Source: a virus
Taxonomy: Duplodnaviria > Caudoviricetes
Strand: one strand, 5' to 3'
IMG/VR virus record: IMGVR_UViG_3300042196_000036
Location: 1-45,564 of that record
Length of the DNA: 45,564 nt
The notes under the pieces are model-generated. The model was not told where the DNA came from and made no database searches. It saw only the letters and a list, made by a program, of their open reading frames with translations. Both the position numbers and the translations under genes were made by a program. Shown in pieces: positions 45,409 through 45,564 of the stretch (its first letter is position 1; every line of letters begins with the position of its first letter).

Positions 45409-45564
45409 TGGCGCGTGCGGCGTCACGCGGCGATCGAGTGGTCGCCTTCGTGGAGCGGTATTGCCTCACACCGGAAGGGCAGCACGTCGGGAAGCCGATC
45501 AAGCTGGTGCCGTTTCAGAAGCGGTTTATCAAGGCGATTTACGACAACAAGCGAGGGACGCACA
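45408..45564 (+). CDS. terL: 5' end of the terminase large subunit (continues at position 1)
   Basis: ATG 45408 is in frame with GTG 45438, which equals position 1. Confidence 0.9.
   Translation, partial: MARAASRGDRVVAFVERYCLTPEGQHVGKPIKLVPFQKRFIKAIYDNKRGTH

Larger units (their letters stand above)
1..45564. mobile_element. Complete temperate siphovirus-like (HK97/lambda-type) phage genome, circularly permuted
   Basis: Full set of head, tail, lysis, integration, immunity, replication and packaging modules in lambdoid order; no host housekeeping genes; 127-bp terminal overlap. Confidence 0.95.

Overview
This window is an apparently complete, circularly permuted genome of a temperate long-tailed (lambda/HK97-like) phage, 45,437 bp of unique sequence. 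Bases 45438-45564 repeat bases 1-127, which is best read as an assembly overlap. The SSB and tail proteins suggest a betaproteobacterial host, but that is inference. Gene order: TerL, portal, ClpP protease, major capsid, a six-gene accessory structural cluster, neck and tail genes (-1 frameshift chaperone, tape measure, DUF2460/DUF2163/NlpC/tail tip), lysis cassette, leftward moron operon, attP and tRNA-Thr(CGT), integrase/excisionase, PL operon (RecT/YqaJ/SSB), immunity region (cI without a peptidase domain, cro, cII, five 14-bp operators), methylase, O/P-like replication genes with iterons, nin region, Q-like antiterminator, pR', HNH and TerS. Top leads: (1) the attP core looks like an isolated tRNA-Thr(CGT) anticodon arm, followed 60 bp later by a complete replacement tRNA-Thr(CGT) with a different anticodon stem; (2) a CRP-like palindrome sits at exactly -41.5 from a putative promoter firing antisense into the cI operon, which carries two tandem paralogous unknown genes; (3) a 127-nt tRNA-like RNA with no anticodon loop lies in the late leader; (4) a ~30-nt motif is shared between the endolysin-spanin gap and the structured PL leader in complementary transcript orientations; (5) a strong SD+ATG could produce an N-terminally extended CI. 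All product calls come from motif recognition and synteny by eye; no searches were run.
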